A stretch of 63,108 nt of DNA, counting the filler, from Chiloscyllium plagiosum (Eukaryota), in assembly GCF_004010195.1 (NCBI RefSeq). It is 5 parts of one record of this genome, joined end to end, with 100 filler letters (N's around TTAATTAATTAA, not from the genome) between each part and the next. Parts side by side here need not be neighbours in the genome. Positions count along the whole stretch, not along the records: positions 26,862 to 51,525 come from NC_057717.1; positions 51,626 to 55,902 come from NC_057717.1; positions 56,003 to 60,018 come from NC_057717.1; positions 60,119 to 63,108 come from NC_057717.1; 1 more part is not named here. One strand, given 5' to 3'. The stretch's first letter is position 1, and the number at the start of each line of letters is the position of its first letter. The notes below the pieces were generated by a model. It was not told the origin of the DNA. It ran no database searches and was given only the letters and a program-made list of their open reading frames with translations. This document shows positions 51,001 to 63,108 of this stretch, piece by piece. The position numbers and the translations under genes are program-made.

Positions 51001-51446
51001 TCATTTGTGACAAGGGACTGACTCGGAACTGGCTTCCCATATCCAGTGTGTACTGCTCCTATTGGTTGCTGTTTGTTTTTGGAACTGGCAGAACTACAAA
51101 GCCAGTTTACCTAACTGGTATTCATTTCTTTTTATTGAGCATTGATTTCAAAACTGCCTGATCTACACAGTCAACGTGTTTCAGTTGTAACTCAGTTCTC
51201 AACAGGGAATTATTGTTTCACTGGCTGGTTATAGCCTGTGTGTTACGCTTTTCTCTTATACTTTGATAAAAAAAAACAATACTGATTTTGTGGCAGGCGT
51301 TACCCCTTGCATTCTGGGTTTTCTTTCTCAACGTGTTTTCACTTTTTTGTGTTTGGACTGAGCCGCTGTGAGTCAATGATAATGAGCTGTTCCTGTATGA
51401 ATAGTACTGGTCCGTTGTGGATGTCTAGGACTTTGTAAAGAGTGAA

Positions 51447-51448
<2 letters not shown>

Positions 51449-51525
<77 letters not shown>
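51449..51525. repeat. (GT)n microsatellite at a gap edge
   Basis: Direct reading. Confidence 0.98.
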
Positions 51526-51625
51526 NNNNNNNNNNNNNNNNNNNNNNNNNNNNNNNNNNNNNNNNNNNNTTAATTAATTAANNNNNNNNNNNNNNNNNNN
51601 NNNNNNNNNNNNNNNNNNNNNNNNN

Positions 51626-52250
51626 GGAGCGACGCTCCTCCATCAGGTGACAGCGGAGGGCTCGATCGCAACACAGAATCCACAGCAAACATTTTCAGTG
51701 TGATGCAACCGAAACTACACATTGAAAATTTGAGTCTGTCAAGCCTTCCATCTGCTAGAACACAGCGACAGTTTCGCCCCTTCCATGTGTAAATCACAAA
51801 ACCCCTTCCAAAAATTGCATTCCTGGGCCAGCCGTCAACAATGGTGATAGCTAGATACCCTCTTCCCCCCCTCACCCCCCACACACCCACTGTGCTGTCC
51901 GTCCACCTTCAGCGTGTTGTCTAGCTACCACCATTGTTAACGGCTGGCCCGGGAATGCAACTTTTGGAAGGGGTGTTGCGATTTACACATGGAGGGGGCG
52001 AAACTGTCGCTGTGTTCTTGCAGATGGAAGGCTTGACAGAGTCAAATTTTCAATGTGTGGTTTCAGTTGCATCACACTGAAACTTTTTGCTGTGGATTCT
52101 ATGTTGCGATCGAGCCCTCCGCTGTCACCTGATGGAGGAGCGTTGCTCCGGAAGCTAGTGTGCTTCTAATTAAACCTTTTGGACTATAACCTGGTGTTGT
52201 GTGATTTTTAACTTTGTACACCCCAGTCCAACACCGGCATCTCCAAATCA
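51626..52250 (+). mobile_element. Penelope-like family C terminus as an inverted repeat (~230 bp arms), left end in gap
   Basis: 51626-51855 is the reverse complement of 51920-52149; followed by ggactataacctggtgttgtgtgatttttaacttt..ccaacaccggcatctcc; mutated hammerhead core at 52126-52160. Confidence 0.85.
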
Positions 52251-52254
52251 GCAT

Positions 52255-53233
52255 TCGGATGGATGTGTAAGCTTTAGAAATGATTCAGAGGAGATTTACT
52301 AGGAAGTTATGGAGGGAAGGTCTTATGAGGAAAGGCTGAGGGACTTTAATCTGTTTTTGTTCAAAAGAATGTGTTTGAGGTCAATTATTTGAGACATATA
52401 AGATAATCAGCAGGTGAGATGGGTTGGACAGTGACAGCCTTTTCTCTTGGATGGCGATGCCTACCACGAGGGGAGATAGCTTTACATTGAGGTAGATATT
52501 AATATCAATAAATAGATATGGGACAGTTGCCAGAGGTAGGTTCTTTACTCAGAATAGTCGGGGCATGGGATGCAATGCCTGCAACAGTGGTCGACTCGCC
52601 AACTTTAAGGGCATTTAAACGGTCATTGGATAGTTGTATGGACACGAATTGGAATAGTGTTGGTTCGGTGGGCTGCAGATCGGTTCCAGAGTTTGGCGCA
52701 AAATCGAAAGCCGAAGGGCCTGCATTGCACTGTCATGTTCTGTGTTCCAGTGGGCAAAAATATGAGATGGGGGAGGAAGGACTTAAAAGCGATTTTAGGA
52801 GAAAATTTTCTACACAGAGGATGGTGCAGTTATGGATTGAGCTTCCAGGGGGAGTGGTAGAGAGAAGTACAATTACAACATGTAAAATACATTTGGGCAG
52901 GTACGTGGGGAGGAGAAAGTTTGAAGGGATATGGGTCAAACACAGGGAAACGTGACTCGTTCATGGACTCTGGTCAGCATGGACTAGTTGGATTGAATGA
53001 ACCATTTCCGTGCTGCATGACTCTGTCTCCAATTATTGGAGGAGGAGAATACGACCGAGATAAGGCATGTTGTGGACACTGAAGCAAGTTACAGCGATAG
53101 GGATGGTAGTCTGGAATGCAGTACATTTCAAATATGTGGAGGGACTTTTGGGGTAGGACAAGGTTACAGAGAAAGGAACTGTTATAGGAGTTACAAGTTA
53201 TTGAAGACACTGGTGCACAAGAAATGCCACAGA
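52255..53233 (+). mobile_element. Consecutive CR1 3' fragments
   Basis: ggagggaaggtcttatgaggaaaggctgagggact; VGAWDAMPATVVDSPTLRAFKRSLD; ggtcagcatggactagttgg. Confidence 0.8.
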
Positions 53234-55023
53234 NNNNNNNNNNNNNNNNNNNNNNNNNNNNNNNNNNNNNNNNNNNNNNNNNNNNNNNNNNNNNNNNNNN
53301 NNNNNNNNNNNNNNNNNNNNNNNNNNNNNNNNNNNNNNNNNNNNNNNNNNNNNNNNNNNNNNNNNNNNNNNNNNNNNNNNNNNNNNNNNNNNNNNNNNNN
53401 NNNNNNNNNNNNNNNNNNNNNNNNNNNNNNNNNNNNNNNNNNNNNNNNNNNNNNNNNNNNNNNNNNNNNNNNNNNNNNNNNNNNNNNNNNNNNNNNNNNN
53501 NNNNNNNNNNNNNNNNNNNNNNNNNNNNNNNNNNNNNNNNNNNNNNNNNNNNNNNNNNNNNNNNNNNNNNNNNNNNNNNNNNNNNNNNNNNNNNNNNNNN
53601 NNNNNNNNNNNNNNNNNNNNNNNNNNNNNNNNNNNNNNNNNNNNNNNNNNNNNNNNNNNNNNNNNNNNNNNNNNNNNNNNNNNNNNNNNNNNNNNNNNNN
53701 NNNNNNNNNNNNNNNNNNNNNNNNNNNNNNNNNNNNNNNNNNNNNNNNNNNNNNNNNNNNNNNNNNNNNNNNNNNNNNNNNNNNNNNNNNNNNNNNNNNN
53801 NNNNNNNNNNNNNNNNNNNNNNNNNNNNNNNNNNNNNNNNNNNNNNNNNNNNNNNNNNNNNNNNNNNNNNNNNNNNNNNNNNNNNNNNNNNNNNNNNNNN
53901 NNNNNNNNNNNNNNNNNNNNNNNNNNNNNNNNNNNNNNNNNNNNNNNNNNNNNNNNNNNNNNNNNNNNNNNNNNNNNNNNNNNNNNNNNNNNNNNNNNNN
54001 NNNNNNNNNNNNNNNNNNNNNNNNNNNNNNNNNNNNNNNNNNNNNNNGACACCCACATCCCACATACCTGATTTTAAAAATAATCCTTTCGGATGGCCCC
54101 ACTGGAACCATGCTGGGACCAGGGTCCTGGTCAACCATGTCGTTAGGATTATGGACAGGGCTTTCAACTGACAGAGAGGATGCAGGGACAGTGTTCAGGT
54201 GAAAGGAGCTTTCCAAATCCAAAGAGAAAAGATGAAGTATGGGAGCAGCATCGGAATGTGGCTGAAGACAAGCAGAAAAAGAACAGCATGGGACAGAGTT
54301 TAACTAAAACTGTACATTAGTGAATAGATTTGAGACAGGAAATTGTGGGAAAGAGTAAGTTATGTTTTTGTTTTGAATGAACAACGTCGCTGCAGTAAGT
54401 AGATGGATTTGTGGCACAGAGCTAAAAGAGATTTAGACACCAGGGAGACATGGATACAGGGTGAACAAAAATATTCAGTAGGTCATATTCTTGTGCAAAC
54501 TCAGGCAAAATGGGTAAAACAAACAATTATTGTCAACAAACGCATTACAGAGAAAGCATTTGACCGCAGACCATGAAGTAGAGTCAGTCTGAATGTACAT
54601 TCTGGCTACTACTTGCCAAGGACACAAGCAGCAGAACAGTTTTAGCCAACGAACTGTATTCCATTACTCGTCACTGCATTACACAGGAACTCATTGGACT
54701 TTTAATAAAGGCATTATGATAATTTTGGAAAACTTCAATAGTCGTATAATCTGGGACAATCACACGGGCAGCATTGACATTGGAAGAGCTGTTAGGTTTT
54801 TTTGTCAGAGTTTCTTTGAAAAACACATTGTGCAACTGGCTAGGAACATAACTATTGCAGAGCGACTGTGTGATGAAACTTAATGAATGAGTAATGTCAC
54901 CTGCAGAGATCCTTCGGGAAATTGTGATAAAGTGCAGTTTAAATAAACATAAAGTTTTAAAGTGAATCACAGAAAGGACAAGCTACAACTAAAAACAAAA
55001 ATAGTCAATTACATGAGTTTGAG

Positions 55024-55278
55024 AGAACTGACCAAGGTAAATACACTAAACAGACTGAAACATATGTCTGTAAATGGACAATGGAAAACATTTAATGGAA
55101 CAGTATAAAACACTCAACAAAAGGACATTTTATTGAAACTGTAAAAACCTCAGCAGAACTGACCAAGGTAAACACACTAAACAGACTGAAACATATGTCT
55201 GTAAATGGAAAACATTTAATGGAACAGTATAAAACACTCAACAAAAGGACATTTTATTGAAACTGTAAAAACCTCAGC
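55024..55278. repeat. Near-perfect tandem duplication (131 + 124 bp)
   Basis: 55024-55154 versus 55155-55278; differ by one substitution and a 7 bp caatgga indel. Confidence 0.95.
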
Positions 55279-56044
55279 AAGAAATCACCACTGGTCCCTC
55301 ACTCAGGACAAAAGGGATCATACTAGATTATGAGTCTGAGAAGATCACCGCAAAATACTTAAAATCCTGAAGTAAGAGAATGCTTCAGGACTAAATGTTA
55401 AATGGATTGCAAAGGGTCTGCTAGTAGGCGAGGGCTGTGGGAAGGTGAACCATGGTCAGGGTTTATTGACACGACACGAACAGGGAGAGGTGAAGGTGCA
55501 GGAGGTGGTGAGATGTTACAGAGAGTGGTTAGGGTCTGAATGGTGTTACAAAGCCAGTATGGATTGCTGCAGCTGGAGGTGTTTGCAGAGGTAGGGAGGG
55601 ACATATGTATTTTTATTCATTCATTAATGGGATGTGGGTGTCACTGCCTGGACGAACATTCTTTGACCCCACTGGTAATTATCCAGAGGGCAGCTTGGAG
55701 TCAGCCATATTGCCAGATGGAGTCACACATCATCCAGACCAGATTAGAATGTCAGATGTCCTTCAATAAAGGAGGTCAGTGCACCAGATGAGTTCTTCCT
55801 ACTGAACAACAATGTTTTTATGATAGCCTCACCAATGTCTTTTAGAGATACACCATGCCATCCGGACTCCTACTCTCAATTCTCTCCCCAATGAAGGTAA
55901 ACNNNNNNNNNNNNNNNNNNNNNNNNNNNNNNNNNNNNNNNNNNNNTTAATTAATTAANNNNNNNNNNNNNNNNNNNNNNNNNNNNNNNNNNNNNNNNNN
56001 NNGGGGGCGGGCGAGATAGAGAGGACGAGGGGGGGTTCCAAGTT

Positions 56045-56672
56045 GGAATGCGGTGTGTGTGTCGGGCTGTTGTTCACTTCCTGGTGTATCCCATGTGCTG
56101 TTCCATTTTGGAAATTGTTGTGTGTATTGAGCTGTTGTTCACTTCCCGGTGTATCCCATGTGCTGCTCCATGTGGATAGGGGTNGTCGGGCTGTTGTTCA
56201 CTTCCTGGTGTATCCCATGTGCTGTTCCATTTTGGAAATTGTTGTGTGTGTTGAGCTGTTGTTCACTTCCCGGTGTATCCCATGTGCTGGTCCATGTTGG
56301 ATAGGGGTGTGTGTATTGAGCTGTTATTCACTTCCCGGTGTATCCCATGTGCTGCTCCATGTTGGATAGGGGTGTGTGTATTGAGCTGTTGTTCACTTCC
56401 CGGTGTGTCCCATGTGCTTTTCTTTGTTGGATAGGGTTGTGTGTATTGAGCTGTTGTTTACTTCAAGGTGTATCCCATATGCTGCTCCATGTTGGAAAGG
56501 GGTGTGTGCATTGAGTTGTTCTTCACTTTCCGGAGTGTCCCATGTGATTTTCTTTGTTGGATTGGGGTGTGTGTATTGAGCTGTCGTTTACGTCAAGGTG
56601 TATCCCATATGCTGCTCCATGTTGGTTCGTGATGAGTGTATTGAGCTGTTGTTCACATCCCGTTGTATCCCT
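56045..56672. repeat. 65 bp minisatellite, about 10 units
   Basis: gtgtgtattgagctgttgttcacttcccggtgtatcccatgtgctgctccatgttggatagggg; gagctg recurs at 56318, 56383 and 56448. Confidence 0.95.
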
Positions 56673-57239
56673 TGTCCAACATGGAGCAGCATATGGACCC
56701 AGAGTGTCCATTTGTTGCTTCATATTGGATAGGGGTTTCAGCAGCTTTGACTCACGACTTTGCAACTTGATCTGCGCCTGTCCACTGAACGTCTGACTTC
56801 TGTGTTTGTCTCTTTGAGCTGATCGTGTGGTCAGTAACACGAGTAAGCCCCTTGAGTATTATTATAAAGGACCAGGCACCTAAGATCTCTGACAATGCTG
56901 CCACTTTAAATAAAGGTTATTTGCTCCTTTTCTTTCAAGAGAGATCGTAAAGGCCGAACTGCCTACCTAAAACAGCTGAATTAAATAACTTAGGAGGCGT
57001 TTAGGTTTTTTCTTATAAATCGTGATAACAATAGTCAGCACGCATAGAGCAGACTTTACAGTTTGTCTGAACTGTAACAATCACCAGGTTCTCGGGCTGG
57101 GAGAAGTTTTGGATGCTCCAGTAAATGATCCCTAGCTGCTATTCTCTCTGAGATCTGTCCTGATGCTCTTTCCTCCAGGATTGGAGAACTGCATGCATGA
57201 CTAACTGGCCTTGGATCTGTCTTTTTGCCACATCCAAAA

Positions 57240-59950
57240 AGACCCTCACTGCTGTCTAACACCGCCCCCAGCCTGACCCTCACCGCTGTCCAACACCGCC
57301 CCCAGCATGACCCTCACCACCATCCAACACCACCCTCAACGAGACACCCATTGCCATCCACACACTGCCCCCAGCCTGACGCTCACTGCCATCCACACTC
57401 CGCCACAGCTTGACCCTCACAGCTGTGTGCACGCCGCCCCAGCCCTGAAGCTCACTGCCGTCCCCACACCGTCCCCAGCTTGACCCTCACCACCGTCCAA
57501 CACCGTACCCAGCCTGACAACCAGCGCCGATCAACTGAGCCCCCAGACTGACCCTGACCGCCGTCCATACACCGTCCCCAACCTGACCCTCACTGCTGTC
57601 CATACACAGCCCCCAAAATGACCCCCACCCCTGTCCATACACCGCCCACAAACTGACCCTCACCGCTGACCACACACCGCCCCCAACCTGACCCTCACCA
57701 CTGTCCACACACCNNNNNNNNNNNNNNNNNNNNNNNNNNNNNNNNNNNNNNNNNNNNNNNNNNNNNNNNNNNNNNNNNNNNNNNNNNNNNNNNNNNNNNN
57801 NNNNNNNNNNNNNNNNNNNNNNNNNNNNNNNNNNNNNNNNNNNNNNNNNNNNNNNNNNNNNNNNNNNNNNNNNNNNNATCTACACACAGCCCCCAGCCTG
57901 AACCTCACCGCCATCCATACACCGCCCCCAACCTGACCCTCACCACCGTCCACACACCGCAACCCCCAGCCTGACCCTCACCACGGTCCACACGCTGACC
58001 CCAACCTGACCCTCACTGTCGTCCTCACACCGCCCCCAACCTGACCCTCACTGTCATCCAAACACCGCCCCAGCTTGTCCCTCACTGCCATCCCACACCG
58101 CCCCCAGACTGATCCGCACCATTGTCCACACACCGCCACCACCCCTGACGCTCACTGCCATCCTCACACAGTGTCCAGCCTGCCCCTCACCGCCGTCCAA
58201 CACCTTCCCCAGCCTGACCCCAGCGCCATTCAACTCCACCCCCAGACTGACCCTCACCACCATCCATACACCACCCCCAACCTGACCGTCACCACCGTCC
58301 ACACACCGCCCCCAGCCTGACCCTCACTGCCATCCAAACACTGTCCCCAGCCTGTCCCTCACCAGCCCCAACCTGGCCCTCATCACACAAAGCCTGACCC
58401 TCACCGCCGTGCAACTCTGCCCCCAGCCTGACTCTCACCACCAATCCAGCCTGACCCGCACTGCTGTCCAACACCGCCCCCAGCCTGAACCCAATCGCCG
58501 TCCACACACCACCATCAGCCTGACCATCACTGCCATCCAACACAGCCTCCAGCCTGACCCCCATCGCTGTCCAACACCGCCCCCAGCCTGACCCTCACTG
58601 ATGTCCAAAACGCACCCTCAGCCTGAACCGTACGACCACCATCCACACGCCGCCCCCAGCCTGACCCATACCACCATCCAACACCGCCCCCAGCGTCGTC
58701 CACACACCAACCCAACCCGTACCTCGATTGCCGTACAACACCACCCCAGTATGAACATCGCCTTCAGCTTTACCCTCACTGCCGTCCACACACCGCCCCC
58801 AGCCTGAACCCAATCGCCGTCCACACACCACCATCAGCCTGACCATCACTGCCATCCAACACAGCCTCCAGCCTGACCCCCATCGCTGTCCAACACCGCC
58901 CCCAGCCTGACCCTCACTGATGTCCAAAACGCGCCCTCAGCCTGAACCGTACCACCACCATCCACACGCCGCCCCCAGCCTGACCCATACCACCATCCAA
59001 CATCGCCCCCAGCATCGTCCACACACCAACCCAACCCGTACCCCCATTGCCGTACAACACCGACCCAGTATGAACTGCACCGACTTCTACAAACTGCCCC
59101 CAGCCTGACCCTCACCACTGTCCAACACCGTCTCAACCCTGACTCTCACTGCCGCCCGTACACCGCCCGCAGCCTGCCCCTCACTGCCATCCACACACTG
59201 CCCCCAGCCTTACCCTCACCGTCGTCCACGCACCGCCCTCAACCTGATCCTCACTGCTGTCCAACACCACCCCCCAGCCTGGCCATTAGAGCCGTCCACA
59301 CGCCGCCCCGAGCCTGACACTCACTGCCGTCCAAGGCTGCCCCCAGCTTGTCCCTCATCGTCATCCCACACCGCCCCAGCCTGACCCTCACCACCATCCA
59401 ACACCGACCCCAGCCTCACCCTCACCGCTGTCCACACGCTGTCCCCAGCTTGTCCCTCACTGCCATCCTATACCGCCCCCAGACTGATCCTCACCACTGT
59501 CCACACATTGCCCCCAGCCCTGACCGCCCCAAACCGGACTCTTACTGCCGTCCACACACTGCACAGAGACAGAATCTCACTGCCATCCACACACCGCCCC
59601 CAACCTGACCCTCACCACCATCCACACACCACCCACAGCCTGACACTCAACGCTGCCCACACACTGCTCCCAGCCTGGCCCTCACCACTGCCTACACACT
59701 CCCCCCAGCCTGGCGCTCACCATCGTCCACACACCGCCCCAACCTTGACGCTTACTGCCCTCCTCACACAGTGCTCAACCTGACCCTTATCTCCCACTTC
59801 CAACACCTTCCCCAGCTTGACCCCCAGCGCCATTCAACTCCACCGCATGACTGACCCTCTGCGCCGTCCATACACCACCCCCAACCTGACCGTCACCACC
59901 GTCCAAACGCCGCCACCAGCCTGACCCTCACTGCCGTCCGAACACCGCTG
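57240..59950. repeat. 34-35 bp C-rich minisatellite with a 319 bp higher-order duplication
   Basis: Unit ctgaccctcaccgccgtccacacaccgcccccagc; block at ~58481 repeated at ~58800. Confidence 0.95.
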
Positions 59951-60149
59951 CTTCCACACAATACTGCTCCTCCGCCACGAACCCACTCCCCAACCCCATC
60001 CAACAATGACACTCTCCCNNNNNNNNNNNNNNNNNNNNNNNNNNNNNNNNNNNNNNNNNNNNTTAATTAATTAANNNNNNNNNNNNNNNNNNNNNNNNNN
60101 NNNNNNNNNNNNNNNNNNAGACAAGGCGTTATGAGAACCTGAAGGAGTG

Positions 60150-62560
60150 AGGCATTTTTGGGTACAATCACAAAAGACAGAGAATCAGTGTCATATACCA
60201 CAGGAGAGGGCCTTCGGTTGACAGCAACACCGTTTGTGTAGACTCTGCAAACTCATCCTTCCTAAATCATGAAGTCTCATGATGTCAGATCAAGTATTGT
60301 CTTGGAAAAGTCCTGCTGACTCCACTCCCTCAACCTCATGATGTCAGATAAAACATTGACACGGAAATCTCTGGCTGACTCCCCTCCCTCAGGTGATAGA
60401 TCACTGTCTGTCCACATTGAACAACACTTGGGGGAAGCTTTGAGAGTGTTACAAAGATTCAGAATGTACCACCACCGATAGCGGCTCAGCAGCAGCATTG
60501 ATGATTGGGTTTGTTGGGTATCAAAGTACATAGCTGCTAGGCTGGGCCTACACCGGGCTAAGACGACTAAGAGGGAGAAATATACTTGACCTCATCGATG
60601 ACCGTATTGGTGCCAGTGACACTTTCACACGGCATTTTTGGAGACAAAGTCCCAAATTTACATTGTGAATCCCCACTTCTGTTGTGTGTAACACTATCAC
60701 TGCCCTCAACAGGACAGACTTTGAATAGACCTATCAACTCAATACTGGGATGTGTGAAGTGATTCAGATCATTTCCAACAGCAGCAGAATTGTATTCCAG
60801 CGCAATTTGACTATCACTCCCTGGCAGATGCTTCACTTTACCCTGACCAACAAGCCAGGAGATAAACCCTTGATCAATGAAGCACACAGAAGGGCCCGCC
60901 AAGAGCAGCACAATTTACACCTAAAAATAAGGTGAAGTTACCGATCAGGACCACTAACCAAATAAAATAAACTGCAAGTGAGAGACATATCTATACCACA
61001 AATCAAAATTAATCTCTGCAATCTTATCACATGCAGATGGTTGAATGGTGGTGGACACTCAAACAACTCACTGCAGGAGGCGGCTCCACACATGTCGCCT
61101 TCCTCAAACATTGAAGAGTCCAGCACAAAAATACAAAAGATAAGGCTGAAGCATTCACAACAATATACAGTTAGAAGTGTCAATTGAAGGATCTGTTTAC
61201 TCTCCTACAGACGGAAGACTTCAACTAATGCGATTCATTTCCTGTGGTATCCAAAAATGACTGGCGGTATTGGATAATCCAAAGTTTGTGGATCCCGATC
61301 ACATTCAATTCAAGTTGTTCCTGTTGGGCTACAGCACTAGCATCAATCTTACAATATGGGACAATCGCCGAGTGTGTCCTGGCCACACTCAGCCAAAACA
61401 TTGTTAGACATTCAATGAATGCCCCACTCTTCTGATACCTTTCATTAATAAAGTTTTGAAAGATTTCATTTGCAGTGATATCAAATAGTAATTGCTCAGC
61501 ACTAACATGCTCACTGAATCTCAGCCTGGGCTTTGCCATGGCCACTCATCCAGTGACGTGATTGAAGCCTTGGTTCAAAGATGAAAGCACACACCTGTAT
61601 TCTCGCGGTGAGGCGAGATTGACTGCAATTAACATAATCATAACTGCATTTTTAACTGCTTCAAGGAGTAATAGCAAAACTGTAGAAAATGGGAACCACA
61701 GAAACCCCTGCACTGGTTGAAGTTAGACCTGATACAACACAAGATGGTTGTGGTGAGTTGACAGCAGTCACCTCAACTCCAGAACAACTCCGCAAAATTT
61801 CCGAAGTGGAGGTGTTACCAAATAAGCCTGTAGATCAGAAATGGTAAGGTAAAGCAACATCCTCCTACGAAGTGACAACGTTTCTCTCTCGTTCACTGAT
61901 ACAACTGTGGGTAAATTAATTGGACAGTCATTATACCTTAAATAAGGGAGAAGTTGAGATGGACAGATATTTAAAATCACCTCAGTCAGTGCAGAAACTG
62001 ACCCCACACTGTTTGCATTACACTGCATTACAAACAATGAGGACTTACTAACCAAGTGTGGACGTGTTTCGAGCAATGACCTGTCCAAATTATTGAGATA
62101 ACCAAGTCTTCACGCAGCACCTTAGGTTAGGTATTTTAATAATATTCTGTTCAGATACGTTGTGACATACCTCTGGAGCAGATGGAATTTGCAGCAAGCT
62201 TCCTAGATCGGAGAGAGGGACAATGTAGGTGAGTTATAGGAGTGTTCTTCGTCCTAGGCCCAGCAGTCTTCAGCTGCTTCATAAATAGCCATCCCTACAA
62301 TGTAATGTCACAAATGGGGTATTTGTCAATGATGAGATAATGTTCACCATCATTCGTGATTACTAAGATATGCAAACTATGCAGGCGTATGCTTTAATTT
62401 GACAAGTTACATTTGCATTACGCACATGCCTGACAATGATCACCGCTAACAATACACAATTGAATCACAATCGATAACATTAAATGCCATGATCATCACC
62501 GAACGTACAAAATATCCATTTCCTCAGGATTAACGTCAAACAGAACTGGACTGAACATAC
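60150..62560 (+). mobile_element. Old L2/CR1-group LINE, same family as 1396-3150, with internal insertions
   Basis: 61035-61130 matches the reverse-read block at 1420-1510 in the same orientation (tgaatggtggtggaca..gaggcggctccaca..tgaagagtccagcac); aagatggttgtggt and tcttcagctgcttca also shared. Confidence 0.7.
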
Positions 62561-62890
62561 AGATTCATTACCATTCCTGTGAAAGTCTACCACCTGAAAC
62601 GTCAACTCTTCGGCACCTCAGATGCTGCCTGGCCTGTTGTGTTTTTCCAGAGCCCCAATTTTCGAATCATATATATTTATTAGCGAGAAACGTATGTCAG
62701 GATCTGGGAATCTTGCAGAAATAGCTAAGCTCATGCTTTCTGAAGGTCTGTCCACAATCTGTAATACACACGTTGAATGTGCGCATATTAGACTGGATGA
62801 GTGCAGTTTCGCCTCTCATCCACTGACAGAGTAGTGTCATCGACACGGTGCTCTGCAGAAATTTACCAAGGCTCCTTAGAAAGTATTCGA

Positions 62891-63108
62891 GGAGAAAGTG
62901 AGGACTGCAGATGCTGGAGATCAGAGCTGAAAATGTGTTGCAGGAAAAGCGCAGCAGGTCAGGCAACATCCAAACAACAGGAGAATCGAAGTTTAGGGCA
63001 TAAGCCGTTCTTCAGGAATGAGGAAAGTGCGTCCAGCAGGCTAAGATAAAAGGTAGGGAGGAGGGATTTGTGGGAGGGGCGTTGGAAATGCGATAGGTGG
63101 AAGGAGGT
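62891..63108 (-). mobile_element. Penelope family A terminus, runs off the window end
   Basis: gagaaagtgaggactgcagatgctggagatcagagctgaaaatgtgttgc..ttcttcaggaat, then purine-rich body as at 18125-18330. Confidence 0.88.

Noticed and set aside
48799..54222. Longest ORFs (181-397 aa)
   Set aside because: They are read-through of N gaps
56045..56672. Regularly spaced repeats as a CRISPR-like array
   Set aside because: No unique spacers, vertebrate context, no cas genes; ordinary minisatellite
57225..59783. His/Pro/Thr-rich and Gly/Val-rich ORFs
   Set aside because: Translations of a 34-35 bp satellite with no stable frame
61860..62060. Possible ancient tRNA-derived SINE (similar piece at ~6000-6170)
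   Set aside because: Too degenerate to assign a family or boundaries

Overview
Repeat-dominated eukaryotic genomic DNA from a draft assembly with N gaps, four of which carry an artificial TTAATTAATTAA linker. The repeat set (HE1-type V-SINEs, CR1/HER1 LINEs, shark-type Penelope elements) and a GPR139-like receptor point to a cartilaginous fish, probably a shark (inference). No intact protein-coding gene is supportable; almost all listed ORFs are transposon debris or satellite read-through. Main content: (1) a full-length but decayed Gmr1-like Ty3/gypsy LTR retrotransposon (8845-14903) with both LTRs, GGTC TSD, tRNA-Pro PBS and integrase upstream of RT; (2) many CR1, one L2/CR1-like family and one Rex1/Babar LINE; (3) three Penelope-like (PLE) families whose termini carry minimal hammerhead-ribozyme motifs, several inserted as fold-back palindromes with TSDs, one apparently carrying an A-to-G hypermutation signature; (4) a GPR139-like GPCR pseudogene; (5) tRNA-Ser and tRNA-Glu pseudogenes; (6) several minisatellites, including a ~3 kb mirror-arranged block. 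Family names come from motif recognition, not database searches. Boundaries of old repeats are approximate.
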